64,000 nt of DNA from Macrostomum hystrix (taxonomy: Eukaryota; Animalia; Platyhelminthes): the NCBI GenBank assembly GCA_950097015.1, contig CATNEN010000001.1:1240001-1304000 (forward strand), read 5' to 3'. Under the pieces are notes generated by a model that saw nothing but the letters and a program-made list of their open reading frames with translations, searched no databases and was not told the DNA's origin. Positions 36,408-49,122 of this stretch are shown here, in pieces. The first letter of the stretch is position 1, and every line of letters begins with the position of its first letter. The translations under genes were made by a program, and so were the position numbers.

Positions 36408-37448
36408 GTGACAGAGAGAGAGAGAGTGACAGAGAGGGAGTGACGGAGAGAGTGACAGAGAGAGTGACAGAGAGAGAGTGACAGAGAGTGACAGACAGGG
36501 AGTGACGGAGAGAGTGAAAGAGAGAGATTGACAGGGAGAGAGAGAGTGACAGAGAGAGTGACATGGAGAGAGAGTGTGACAGGGAGTGACAGAGAGAGAG
36601 AGTGACAGGGAGTGACAGAGAGAGAGAGAGAGTGACAGGGAGTGACAGAGAGAGAGTGACAGAGAGAGAGAGTGACAGAGAGTGACAGAAAGGGAGTGAC
36701 GGAGAGAGTGACAGAGAGAGATTGACAGGGAGAGAGAGAGTGACAGAGAGAGTGACAGAGAGAGTGACAGAGAGACTAACAGAGAGAGACTGACAGAGAG
36801 TGACAGATAGAGAGTGACAGGGAGTGACAGGGAGAGAGTGACAGAGAGAGTGACAGAGAGAGACAGAGAGAGAGTGACAGAGAGAGTGACAGAGAGAGAA
36901 TGACAGAGAGTGACAGAAAGGGAGTGACGGAGAGAGTGACAGGGAGAGATTGACAGGGAGAGAGAGAGTGACAGAGAGAGTGACAGAGAGAGACAGAGAG
37001 AGAGTGACAGAGAGAGTGACAGAGAGAGAGTGACAGAGAGTGACAGAAAGGGAGTGACGGGGGAGTGACAGAGAGAGATTGACAGGGAGAGAGAGAGTGA
37101 CAGAGAGAGTGACAGAGAGAGAGTGACAGGGAGTGACAGAGAGAGAGAGTGACAGGGAGTGACAGAGAGAGAGTGACAGGGAGTGACAGAGAGAGAGTGT
37201 GACAGGGAGAGAGTGACAGAGAGAGTGACAGAGAGACAGAGAGTGACGGAGAGAGTGACAGATAGAGTGACAGAGAAAGAGTGACGGAGAGAGTGACAGA
37301 GAGAGTGACAGAGAGAGTGACAGAGAGACTAACAGAGAGAGTGACAGAGAGACTAACAGAGAGTGACAGATAGAGAGTGACAGGGAGTGACAGAGAGAGA
37401 GAGTGTGACAGGGAGAGAGTGACAGAGAGAGTGACAGAGAGAGTGACA
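36408..37448. repeat. GTGACA(GA)n compound satellite containing the duplication breakpoint
   Basis: Direct observation. Confidence 0.95.
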
Positions 37449-37739
37449 CGGGCTGCTGCACTGGCTCTTCTCGGCGGCAGATCCGTACGAGCCGTAAGAG
37501 TTTCCGCAAAAGCATTATTTGCTGGCCTGCAAACCGAAGAACGAATACTTCTCCATGCAGCATGCAGTAGTTACTGCACTCCTCACGAGTCATACTGCTA
37601 TACTGTTCAGCTCTTTCATTCAGCTCGGACTGCTCGGACTGCTTTCAATGGAGCAGTCGACACAGAATAATCGAACTGCCTGACCAGCTGCAGCCAGAAG
37701 AGACACGCAGATTGCCGTTAAAACGAGAGCTAGCCTCAT
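37445..37739 (-). pseudogene. Truncated second copy of the WSC pseudogene
   Basis: MRLALVLTAICVSLLAAAGQA...SSPSSPS*; same CTGCATG duplication; 3' part cut off by the breakpoint. Confidence 0.75.
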
Positions 37740-38346
37740 TTTAATCCGTAACTAAAGAAGTGAGCACCTAAGCTTGACGGCAACAATCTTTCAATTAAAA
37801 ATCTAACAATAATGGCTGTACGCAATGTCTCTATTTCTATTTATCTGCGTGGGGCGCCTCTCGATAAAACAATACTTGTTTAGAAAACACACTGAATCGG
37901 CGCTTGCACACTATAATTAGCCATGACATGCTGATTACAGGGAATGAGGCAGGCAGGCAGGCAGACAGCGGCCTCCAATTAAGTTACCGCGAAAATCTTG
38001 GCAAGCATGCGGAGCTCTCGAGTTTGTGTTTTCGAGTTTGTCGGGAGGGGTGCGTGCTTCCCGAATGCTCCTCCTGACTAGAGGCGGCTGATGTTATAGA
38101 ATACGATTTATTGGGACGAACCGCAATCTACAAGTTGTATATACAATGCTAGTATAAAAGACTAGCAATTCTAGCCCCCCTCCGGGTAGCACAGTCAGAA
38201 ATTTGGAATCTAATTAATGGCCTCTCCATATGCAATTATTCAGTTAAGCTTTTTATCTTCTAGTTAAATTCATATTCCTCCTGCAGTTAAGCTATCTATA
38301 GTCTCATTTGGCTAAGTAGATAGCAAGCTTAGCCCATATGGAATGC

Positions 38347-38694
38347 TAATAATAATAGTAATAATTGCAGGAGGGCTGCGAGCAATGGCACATCATTTTG
38401 TGACACTAGGCCGACAGCCAGCGAGGAGGCAATTCTGCCCATTTCGCTGACTCCTGAGCACACATGCACATTGATACTGTACGCAGGCACACACTCATAC
38501 AAGTGTGTACATCTGCTCTGACTTTCTCATCGTCAGGCAGTGTACACTTAACTGTGCCTTGGAGGTTGGCCCTCAAGGGCGTAAATTGCAAGACAAGCCT
38601 CCAAGCCTTCTCTCCGCGGCTGCACCCCAAATGAATGTGGCCTCGCCGCGAAATCGAGCTCAGGGACCTTGGTGCGAGAGGCAAACGCGTTAAC
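38347..38694 (-). mobile_element. SINE, duplicate of 25313-25658 lacking the A-box region
   Basis: Colinear similarity. Confidence 0.8.
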
Positions 38695-38842
38695 ACCCCA
38701 TATGGGGAGTCAGAAAGTCTCTGGATATGAAGTCACTCGAGAAATAACACTCCGGATAGCAAATTAGAATATTTATTTTAAGCTGTTGTAATTGCTTGCA
38801 AAACGACTACACTACGCAGTGTAGGTATATAGCAAGGGAATT

Positions 38843-39536
38843 TTAATTGTGAGCGTGCACCTTGCAAAAGTGCCAGAACTTCCTGTTCCTGTTCTCCGAG
38901 CGGTACCTCATTTGAAAGCCGGAGTCGTATGCGAGCACATAGTCTGCCGGCGAATCTCTTGGCTGTGACAGCCACCAATTTCTGAAATGATTTTTCAAAT
39001 AATTTTTGCAAAGTTTGAAGATAGCACACGTGCGTTTGGAGTATGAAAATTATAATTAGATTCAAGTATCAGTTTTTTGTTATCAGCCTAAAATGAAAAA
39101 TGCAGTAGCGAATCTGCAGAACTTACAATTTGACCTCAACTGCCTTTTCGTCTGTAGTCCATTTGAAAATTCCCGTGTCACTTCTGTACGCGCCGATCCA
39201 GGCAGATTCGACGCCCTTCACACAGTCCGAGCACTGACTCCAGTCCTGCTTGATGTTCCACTGCCTGGCGCTGTAGTTCTGGAACCAGCTCAGCTCACCT
39301 TCACTCGAGATCCACAGCAGGTCGGAGCCGCTTCCCCGACTCTGACAGTCCGTCCTCGCCTGGTCGAAGGTCCTACCGTTCGCTCCCTTGACCAGCAGGT
39401 AGCAGAAGTCGCCATTCCCGATCCACTCTGACGATGGACAGTTTTGCTGTGCTAACACAAGCGAATTCGACAGTGCTAGGACCAGCACTACGGCTAGAAA
39501 AAGTGGTGCAAGAGGTCGTAAGTTATACTTGTCCAT
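38843..39536 (-). CDS. Secreted single-domain C-type lectin-like protein, 182 aa; exons 39536-39127 and 38981-38843
   Basis: Signal peptide and one complete domain ending FWHFCKVHAHN*; same phase-2 intron as the 5-domain paralog. Confidence 0.82.
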
Positions 39537-40049
39537 TGTGTAGATTTGAACTGGAACAGTGAATTTTGCTCGGTCCAGCAGTTTAAATGGTTCTTCTGGG
39601 CTCCACTCTGGGAAAATACTGGTTTCTGACAGGTGCCACTGAATTTCCCATGGGGGAATTTTTATCGATGACTTCGACCGACTAAGTCAGTCAGATGGCA
39701 CGCATAGTTGCGATAAGATTCGTGATTGTTAAATTCACAATTCACCAAAAAGCAACGCAAACAAAAACTGTTTTTCCCGAAGTAAAAAACTCGAACTGTG
39801 AACAGCCATTTCCCGATTGTGGTCATTTCAATCGTATTTCGTGGTGGTACGTGGCCAGTCTTGCAGTGATAAGAAGTCGCTGTTCTTTGCTAGTCGAGCT
39901 TCTCTCTCATATAATTCATATTTCTCAGAAATAAATTACTGAGCAACTTTTTAGCAATGACAGCTCGCAATGACAGCCCAGAAGACAGGATTGATAAAAA
40001 ACTGTTTTTCTGTCGTCCCCAAAGGTTCTTCGAGTTTTTTGTTCGAGTC

Positions 40050-43000
40050 TCACTCGAAGGTGACGCCCAGATCGGCGGGTCGAAAGTGCACACCGCCGGC
40101 GTTGAAGTAGGAGTCTAGAGCTTCGTCAATGTCAGCGAGCAGCCGAACCGCGCAAGGCAGCAGACTGAGCAGGCCGCCCAGAAGGACTCTCTCGGAAGCG
40201 CTGATTCGCCCGTGCAGAGCATGGTGTGTCACCGATTTCAATGGATTCGTCCGGCTCAACAGCTCCCGAATGCCAGACACTAGGCTGTCAATCTCCGACC
40301 GCTTGCCGAATTGCACGGAGTTCTCTCCGCCGACCCTAATCTGGCCGAGAGGCTCGAGGACGCCACGTTCGATTGAGTCGGTTGTCATGCCAACATGGCG
40401 CAGCGCCTCCAAATACTCGTCCGCGTAGCGAGCGTCCGGACAGCGGACAAGCTCCGGGCGGTTGGCTCGAAGCTCGGAGAATTCGGACAGCGACTCCAGC
40501 GGAGCCAGCCGACCGCCGCCGAGCAGCAGTTTGGCATAGTTAATAAGGCCGGTCAAGTTGGCCTCGAAGTGGGCTTCGATTTGGCGCAGTCGTGGCAGCG
40601 CTCCCGCCGTCGGGTGCTGCAGCCGGGACAGCTGGAACTGGCGCACACAGCGCAGCATCAGCAAACTCTTCTCTGCGGGAATTAAGAGCCGATTTTTCAC
40701 AGGCATCCAATTCAAATTTTAGTTTTTTTCTGCTACCCTTTTTTTTTAGAATCAAATAAGCCGATGGCGCTACTAAATCAGTAGTGGAGTTTAGATATTG
40801 GAGTTTTTTTAAACAGACTATTTTTGTCTTTTCGAGACGAAAAACGTATTTTGTACTGATGCACAGGAAGTAGAACAACAAGGAATTACATTTTGTTTGT
40901 TGCTTCCATGAAGAAGTGATGGCTTTGGTAAAGCTCAGCACCAGTAAACCGATTTCTCAGCTCTCAACAAAACTAAAAGCATAATCTATTTGAGTGCTTC
41001 TAAACTCGCAAAGCGTGATGGAACAATAGAATGAGTTTTTATTATCTGGTTGGAACATTTTATTCCCATTTGGCAAAAGCCATCAGTGAATGACGTCAGC
41101 ACACAATGGTAATTGAAAGGAGAGAATAGGATTGGGTCCATTTCGACAGTTGAGAGACTGATATATGACAGGTGAGACACAATGATATGACTAGGGAGAA
41201 ACTGAGTCAGGTGAGATGCAGTGATTTGACATGTGAGTTGAGCAGTAACGCACCATTGCCACTGATGTCATACTCAGCGGGCATCAATCCGTTTCGCCAT
41301 TCTTCAGCAGCCAGTTCCAGTTCCTCAGGCCAGACCCGGATTCGCAGGCTGAGGCATTTCAAGCTGAGCTTTCTCAAAGCCACGTCAGTTACAAAGCAAC
41401 AGATAAACTCTCGCTCCAATAGGCCGGACTGGATGTCCGAGCGAAGCTGGGCTAGACCAGTGGGACCAGTTGGGCACAGGATGCACAGGCAGTCTGGTGA
41501 TGGATTCGAGTCTCTACCGTTAGCTATAAATGTCTAACATGTTAATTCACTGTCTAACAGGATTTTTCACTGCCGTACAGGTGACTCCGCTATCTAACAG
41601 GTGACTCCACCGTCTAACAGGTGACTCCACTGTCTAACAGGTGACTCCACCGTCTAACAGGTGACTCCACTGTCTAACAGGTGACTCCACTATCTAACAG
41701 GTGACTCCAGTGTCTAACAGGTGACTCCACTGTCTAACAGGTGACTCCACTGCCGTACAGGTGACTCCAGTGTCTAACAGGTGACTCCACTATCTAACAG
41801 GTGACTCCACTATCTAACAGGTGACTCCACTATCTAACAGGTGACTCCACTATCTAACAGGTGACTCCACTGTCTAACAGGTGACTCCACTGTCTAACAG
41901 GTGACTCCACTGTCTAACAGGTGACTCCACTGTCTAACAGGTGACTCCACTGTCTAACAGGTGACTCCACCGTCTAACAGGTGACTCCACTTTCTAATAT
42001 ATTCTATGCTATGTAACTCTAATATAATTGATAAACCTAGTCTTATAAAAGGGCAACCTCTAACATCAAGAAAAACGCCTGGAATCTGGAAGCAAACACT
42101 TCCCAAACCAGCCCTACCAGTCTACTCGAGATTAGATTACAGCTCAGTGCACACCTGTAGTAGACTGTGTATTCAATTTTAATCAACTTCACCCATCTTA
42201 ACCTTCGCAGTGTTGATTTAAGATTGCAATTCACTTAAAATCTAGCGAGATAGTAAGGTTTTATTTTATACTTCGTCGATAACAGGTTAGCACAAACTAT
42301 ACTCAAAGTTATTAGTAACTTTAGTTTCTTCTGAGTATTTAGGAAAATATTGTTACTAATTTATCCCAATATGTCTCTTCACAATGTCATAATCCTAATT
42401 TATCACTAACTTCTCTCTTCCCACTGTCTCAATTCTAATTTATCCCCAACTTCTCTCTTCCCACTGTCATAATCCTAATTTATCCCCAACTTCTCTCTTC
42501 CCACTGTCATAATCCTAATTTATCCCCAACTTCTCTCTTCCCACTGTCCTAATCCTAATTTATCACTAACTTCTCTCTTCCCACTGTCCTAATCCTAATT
42601 TATCCCCAACTTCTCTCTTCCCACTGTCCTAATCCTAATTTATCCCCAACTTCTCTCTTCCCACTGTCCTAATCCTAATTTATCCCCAACTTCTCTCTTC
42701 CCACTGTCCTAATCCTAATTTATCACTAACTTCTCTCTTCCCACTGTCCTAATCCTAATTTATCCCCAACTTCTCTCTTCCCACTGTCCTAATCCTAATT
42801 TATCCCCAACTTCTCTCTTCCCACTGTCCTAATCCTAATTTATCCCCAACCTCTCTCTTCCCACTGTCTTAATCCTAACCTCGCTCTTCCCACTGTCTTA
42901 ATCCTAACCTCTCTCTTCCCACTGTCTTAATCCTAACCTCGCTCTTCCCACTGTCTTAATCCTAACCTCTCTCTTCCCACTGTCCTAATCCTAATTTATC

Positions 43001-44206
43001 CCCAACTTCTCTCTTCCCACTGTCCTAATCCTAATTTATCCCCAACTTCTCTCTTCCCACTGTCCTAATCCTAATTTATCCCCAACTTCTCTCTTCCCAC
43101 TGTCCTAATCCTAATTTATCCCTAACTTCTCTCTTCCCACTGTCCTAATCCTAATTTATCCTCATCTTCCCAGTCTAAATTCCCAACCTGCCCTACTCAA
43201 TACAACAGCTCACAATGAGTGCTCACTGTCAGTGAAGCCTTCAATGGTGGCGCCCAGCAGCAGACGACGTTTGCAGAAATACCTGCGCAGCCTGAGCAGA
43301 TCAGATTTCTGTAGCAGGGCGCCAAAGCGCTCAGCCAGGTTGACTAGAAAATACCGCCTTGAGCCCAGCTGCTCAGGTCTGAGCGGCTCAGCATCCATGA
43401 TGTCAAGGAGAACTGCCACATCGCCTGCAGGTGATTTGTTTGCTTTTTTACCTTTAACTAAGTCACCTGCTAGAGTAGATGAGGCATCGGAGTAGGGAGA
43501 GGGATCTGAACAGAGGAATCTGAGCAGGGGGATCTGAGCAGAGGGATCTGATCAGTGAGATCTGAGCAGAGGAATCTGAGCAGTGGGATCTGAGCAGTGG
43601 GATCTGAGCTGAGGAATCTGAGCAGAGGGATCTGAGCAGAGGGATCTGAGCAGGGGAATCTGAGCAGGGGATCTGAGCAGAGGGATCTGAGCAGAGGAAT
43701 CTGAGCAGAGGGATCTGAGCAGAGGAATCTGAGTAGTGGGATCTGAGCAGTGGGATCTGAGCAGGGGATCTGAGCAGAGGGATCTGAGCAGAGGAATCTG
43801 AGCAGTGGGATCTGAGCAGTGGGATCTGAGCAGTGGGATCTGAGCAGGGGGATCTGAGCAGTGGGATCTGAGTAGGGGGATCTGAGCAGTGGGATCTGAG
43901 CAGTGGGATCTCAGCAGGGGAATCTGAGCAGAGGATCTGAGCAGTGGGATCTGAGCAGTGGGATCTGAGCAGTGGGATCTGAGCAGTGGGATCTGAGTAG
44001 GGGGATCTGAGCAGTGGGATCTGAGCAGTGGGATCTGAGCAGTGGGATCTGAGTAGGGGGATCTGAGCAGTGGGATCTGAGCAGGGGGATCACAGCAGGG
44101 ATTGTATCTGGGCAAGTACTAATGACAATCAATCAAGTGATGCAATCTCTTTCAACTCACCCGGCTTTCTATCGTAGAATGGTTTCTTGGAATCCAACAG
44201 CGCCAT
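40050..44206 (-). CDS. Unknown gene X, copy B; exons 44206-44161, 43505-43214, from 42154, about 41513-41230, and final exon to 40050
   Basis: Near-identical to copy A with frames preserved. Confidence 0.6.
41570..41997. repeat. 20-bp minisatellite, about 21 units (paralog of 32280-33860)
   Basis: Same unit. Confidence 0.95.
42390..43165. repeat. 40-bp minisatellite (paralog of 34240-34985)
   Basis: Same unit. Confidence 0.95.
43500..44100. repeat. 13-14-bp GGGATCTGAGCAG minisatellite (paralog of 35320-35750)
   Basis: Same unit, longer array. Confidence 0.93.
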
Positions 44207-44765
44207 GACCTTGGCGATTGGAAGCAAAAAAAACAAAGCCAAATTTGTCAGTGAAAAGTGCCAACGGATCGCAGGTTGCTGCGCGCAGTGAGTTTACAAT
44301 TATCCAGTTGTAGTACAATAGACTATATGCACTGCCGGCTCTTCAGTTTATGATCGTGAGAAATGCTATTTTTATTCTCCAAGATGAAAGTCTTGCTTGT
44401 CGAATCCAAATTTGACATAGCACAGAGCGATGATACACTTCACTAACAAAGCCAGCAGTTTCATTTGCAAGACACCTTGGCGACATCTATGCGTCTATTT
44501 TACGCATGTTTTTTCTTGTTATAAGGATTTTCCTTTCTAATTTCTTTTATTACTAGTCACTGCTGCTGTGCGATAAACCACCCACGTTGTTGAAATTTCT
44601 TAACTACTTGCCAGTGTCACTTGTAATTCTGTCCTTACATTTCAGTAGAAACATCTTATTATTTGTCAATTTTTTTAAAAACAAACTCACATTAGGGCGT
44701 TTAGCAATTTGATTATTTCACCATGAGACTGCTTACACTGTGAGGGATAGGTGGGTGAGAATATG

Positions 44766-46220
44766 GTGACAGAGAGAGAGTGACAGAGAGGGAGTGACGG
44801 AGAGAGTGACAGAGAGAGTGACAGAGAGAGAGTGACAGAGAGAGAGTGACAGAGAGTGACAGACAGGGAGTGACGGAGAGAGTGAGAGAGAGAGATTGAC
44901 AGGGAGAGAGAGAGTGACAGAGAGAGTGACAGAGAGAGAGAGTGACAGGGAGTGACAGAGAGAGAGTGACAGGGAGTGACAGAGAGAGAGAGTGACAAGG
45001 AGAGAGTGACAGAGAGAGTGACAGAGAGAGAGACAGAGAGAGAGTGACGGAGAGAGATTGACAGGGAGAGAGAGAGTGACAGAGAAAGTGACAGAGAGAG
45101 ACAGAGAGACTAACAGAGAGAGACTCACAGAGAGTGACAGATAGAGAGTGACAGGGAGTGACAGAGAGAGAGTGACAGGGAGAGAGTGACAGAGAGAGTG
45201 ACAGAGAGAGAGAGTGAAAGAGAGTGACAGAAAGGGAGTGACGGAGAGAGTGACAGAGAGAGATTGACAGGGAGAGAGAGTGACAGAGAGAGTGACAGAG
45301 AGAGAGAGTAACAGGGAGTGACAGAGAGAGAGAGTGACAGGGAGTGACAGAGAGAGAGTGACAGGGAGAGAGTGACGGAGAGAGTGACAGAGAGAGATTG
45401 ACAGGGAGAGAGAGTGACAGAGAGAGAGTGACAGGGAGTGACAGAGAGAGAGAGAGAGTGACAGGGAGAGAGTGACGGAGAGAGTGACAGAGAGAGATTG
45501 ACAGGGAGAGAGAGTGACAGAGAGAGTGACAGAGAGAGAGAGTGACAGGGAGTGACAGAGAGAGAGTGACAGGGAGTGACAGAGAGAGAGAGTGTGACAG
45601 GGAGAGAGTGACAGAGAGAGTGACAGAGAGACAGAGAGAGAGTAACGGAGAGAGTGACAGAGAGAGTGACAGAGAGAGAGTGACAAAGAGTGACAGAAAG
45701 GGAGTGACGGAGAGAGTGACAGAGAGAGATTGACAGGGAGAGAGAGAGTGACAGAGAGAGTGACAGAGAGACTAACAGAGAGTGACAGAGAGAGAGTGAC
45801 AGGGAGAGAGTGACAGAGAGAGTGACAGAGAGAGTGACAGAGAGTGACAGAGAGAGAGTGACAGAGAGAGAGTGACAGAGAGAGTGACAGAGAGAGACAC
45901 AGAGAGTGACAGAGAGAGTGACAGAGAGAGACACAGAGAGTGACAGAGAGAGTGACAGAGAGAGACACAGAGAGTGACAGAGAGAGTGACAGAGAGAGAG
46001 TGACAGAGAGAGAGTGACAGAAAGAGTGAGTGCCTGAGAGGGAGTGACAGAGAGACTGACAGAGAGAGAGTGACAGAAAGTGACAGAGAGAGAGTGACAG
46101 AAAGTGACAGAGAGAGAGTGACAGGGAGAGAGTGACAGAGAGAGTGACAGAGAGAGCGTGAGTGACCGAGAGAGTGACCGAGAGAGAGTATGACAGAAAG
46201 TGTGTGACAGAGAGAGAGAG
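44766..46220. repeat. GTGACA(GA)n compound satellite
   Basis: Direct observation. Confidence 0.95.
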
Positions 46221-46444
46221 TAATAGTGGTAGTGACACTTGGAGTGACAGAAAATGAGAATACAACTTATACTGTAAATCATTTGAATAGACTGCAACTA
46301 AAGAATATAAAAAACTAATTTACCTGTCCGTACAGGTCGACTGGATCAGAAAAATCCGCTATTTACACTTCGTTCCCAGCGGAAGCTTGCATTAATGAGT
46401 TTTCTAAACGATTTTAAAGTGTTTATTTTTAATTGTCGGCAAAG

Positions 46445-46447
<3 letters not shown>

Positions 46448-46506
<59 letters not shown>
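46448..46506. repeat. Pure (CTG)n tract, about 19 triplets
   Basis: Direct observation. Confidence 0.95.
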
Positions 46507-46507
<1 letters not shown>

Positions 46508-46959
46508 ATGAGGCTAAACAAATTAATCAGACTTTGCTGCATCACCTGAAAAAGCCACGCTTCTCAAGAAGGCTTCTAGAAGAGGCGCGAGAGGAGGGCT
46601 GAGGGCTGAGTGAAGGACTGAGTTGAGCTCAAACCAGGCTCACATTGGCTGCTGTGGCACTGATTTGTGAATAGCAATGAACGAGCCCAGATAGTTTTTT
46701 AAAGAAGGCATTAAAAAATCCCATCTGAAAGAGATGAGAGGAGAGAGGAATAATGAGTCCATTGTTGTTCAAAGAATTCATTTGCACTATTATATTTGTT
46801 GTTGAGGGGTCTATAATGTTGGGCGACAAGAATGAAAGAAAAATATTTATCTTAGCATATGCTTATAGCAGTAGTGCAGTACGCTTTTTTTCAGACAAGC
46901 AGACAGCTTTATTTTATTTCTACGGATGGAAAAAAGTTATAGATTTATTTACGGAGCAT

Positions 46960-47030
46960 GTGGTAGCTTCTGGCAGTGTTTAAAGCTTCGGAGTTCTAAC
47001 AGAAAGGTCGGGAGTTCGATGCTTAGGTGT
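46960..47030 (+). mobile_element. Degenerate tRNA-like SINE head
   Basis: TGGCAGTGTTTAAAGC...AAGGTCGGGAGTTCGATGC resembles A/B boxes. Confidence 0.35.
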
Positions 47031-47077
47031 CATTTACAAAATTGAGCGATGAAGCACTCTTTTAACTTTAAAATTGT

Positions 47078-49122
47078 AACCTGTTAGACATGGCTGCTAT
47101 CAGTGTGGAGTGTTACAGGTGCAGTTCACACCTCTTAGACATGGCTGTTGTGAAATTATGAGTTCTGACAGCTGTTATCAGTGTGGAGTGTTACAGGTGC
47201 AGTTCACACCTGTTGGACACGGCTGTTATCAGTGTGGAGTGTTACAGGTGCAGTTCACACCTGTTGGACATGGCTGTTATCAGTGTGGAGTGTTACAGGT
47301 GCAGTTCACACCTGTTGGACACGGCTGTTATCAGTGTGGAGTGTTACAGGTGCAGTTCACACCTGTTGGACATGGCTGTTATCAGTGTGGAGTGTTACAG
47401 GTGCAGTTCACACGTGTTGGACACGGCTGTTATCAGTGTGGAGTGTTACAGGTGCAGTTCACACGTGTTGGACACGGCTGTTATCAGTGTGGAGTGTTAC
47501 AGGTGCAGTTCACACCTGTTGGACATGGCTGTTATCAGTGTGGAGTGTTACAGGTGCAGTTCACACGTGTTGGACACGGCTGTTATCAGTGTGGAGTGTT
47601 ACAGGTGCAGTTCACACCTGTTGGACACGGCTGTTATCAGTGTGGAGTGTTACAGGTGCAGTTCACACCTGTTGGACATGGCTGTTATCAGTGTGGAGTG
47701 TTACAGGTGCAGTTCACACGTGTTGGACACGGCTTTTATCAGTGTGGAGTGTTACAGGTGCAGTTCACACCTGTTGGACATGGCTGTTATCAGTGTGGAG
47801 TGTTACAGGTGCAGTTCACACCTGTTGGACACGGCTGTTATCAGTGTGGAGTGTTACAGGTGCAGTTCACACCTGTTGGACACGGCTGTTATCAGTGTGG
47901 AGTGTTACAGGTGCAGTTCACACCTGTTGGACATGGCTGTTATCAGTGTGGAGTGTTACAGGTGCAGTTCACACCTGTTGGACATGGCTGTTATCAGTGT
48001 GGAGTGTTACAGGTGCAGTTCACACCTGTTGGACATGGCTGTTATCAGTGTGGAGTGTTACAGGTGCAGTTCACACCTGTTGGACATGGCTGTTATCAGT
48101 GTGGAGTGTTACAGGTGCAGTTCACACCTGTTGGACACGGCTGTTATCAGTGTGGAGTGTTACAGGTGCAGTTCACACCTGTTGGACATGGCTGTTATCA
48201 GTGTGGAGTGTTACAGGTGCAGTTCACACCTGTTGGACACGGCTGTTATCAGTGTGGAGTGTTACAGGTGCAGTTCACACCTGTTGAACACGGCTGCTAT
48301 TATTGTGGAGTGTTACAGGTGCAGTTCTCACCTGTTGGACACGGCTGTTATCAGTGTGGAGTGTTACAGGTGCAGTTCACACCTCTTAGACATGGCTGTT
48401 GTGAAATTATGAGTTCTGACAGCTGTTATCAGTTTGGAGTGTTACAGGTGCAGTTCACACCTGTTGGACACGGCTGTTATCAGTGTGGAGTGTTACAGGT
48501 GCAGTTCACACCTGTTGGACACGGCTGTTATCAGTGTGGAGTATTACAGGTGCAGTTCTCACCTGTTGGACACGGCTGTTATCAGTGTGGAGTGTTACAG
48601 GTGCAGTTCACACCTGTTGGACACGGCTGTTATCAGTGTGGAGTGTTACAGGTGCAGTTCACACCTGTTGAACACGGCTGCTATTATTGTGGAGTGTTAC
48701 AGGTGCAGTTCTCACCTGTTGGACACGGCTGTTATCAGTGTGGAGTGTTACAGGTGCAGTTCACACCTCTTAGACATGGCTGTTGTGAAATTATGAGTTC
48801 TGACAGCTGTTATCAGTGTGGAGTGTTACAGGTGCAGTTCACACCTGTTGGACACGGCTGTTATCAGTGTGGAGTGTTACAGGTGCAGTTCTCACCTGTT
48901 GGACATGGCTGTTATCAGTGTGGAGTGTTACAGGTGCAGTTCACACCTGTTGGACATGGCTGTTATCAGTGTGGAGTGTTACAGGTGCAGTTCACACCTG
49001 TTGGACACGGCTGTTATCAGTGTGGAGTGTTACAGGTGCAGTTCACACCTGTTGGACACGGCTGTTATCAGTGTGGAGTGTTACAGGTGCAGTTCACACC
49101 TGTTGGACATGGCTGTTATCAG
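47078..49122. repeat. 51-bp minisatellite, about 39 units, with three 78-bp variants; each unit holds the inverted repeat ACAGGTG-N7-CACCTGT
   Basis: Direct periodicity. Confidence 0.96.

Larger units (their letters stand above)
24371..37444. other. Tandem segmental duplication, copy A
   Basis: Colinear with 37445-46220 (WSC pseudogene, SINE, lectin, gene X, same intronic arrays). Confidence 0.9.
37445..46220. other. Tandem segmental duplication, copy B
   Basis: Begins GACACGGGCTGCTGCAC, identical to 24371 onward; ends within the homologous GTGACA(GA)n satellite. Confidence 0.9.

Noticed and set aside
36334-37593. 419-aa ORF fusing a WSC fragment to repeats
   Set aside because: Runs from a frameshifted pseudogene into satellite across the duplication breakpoint.
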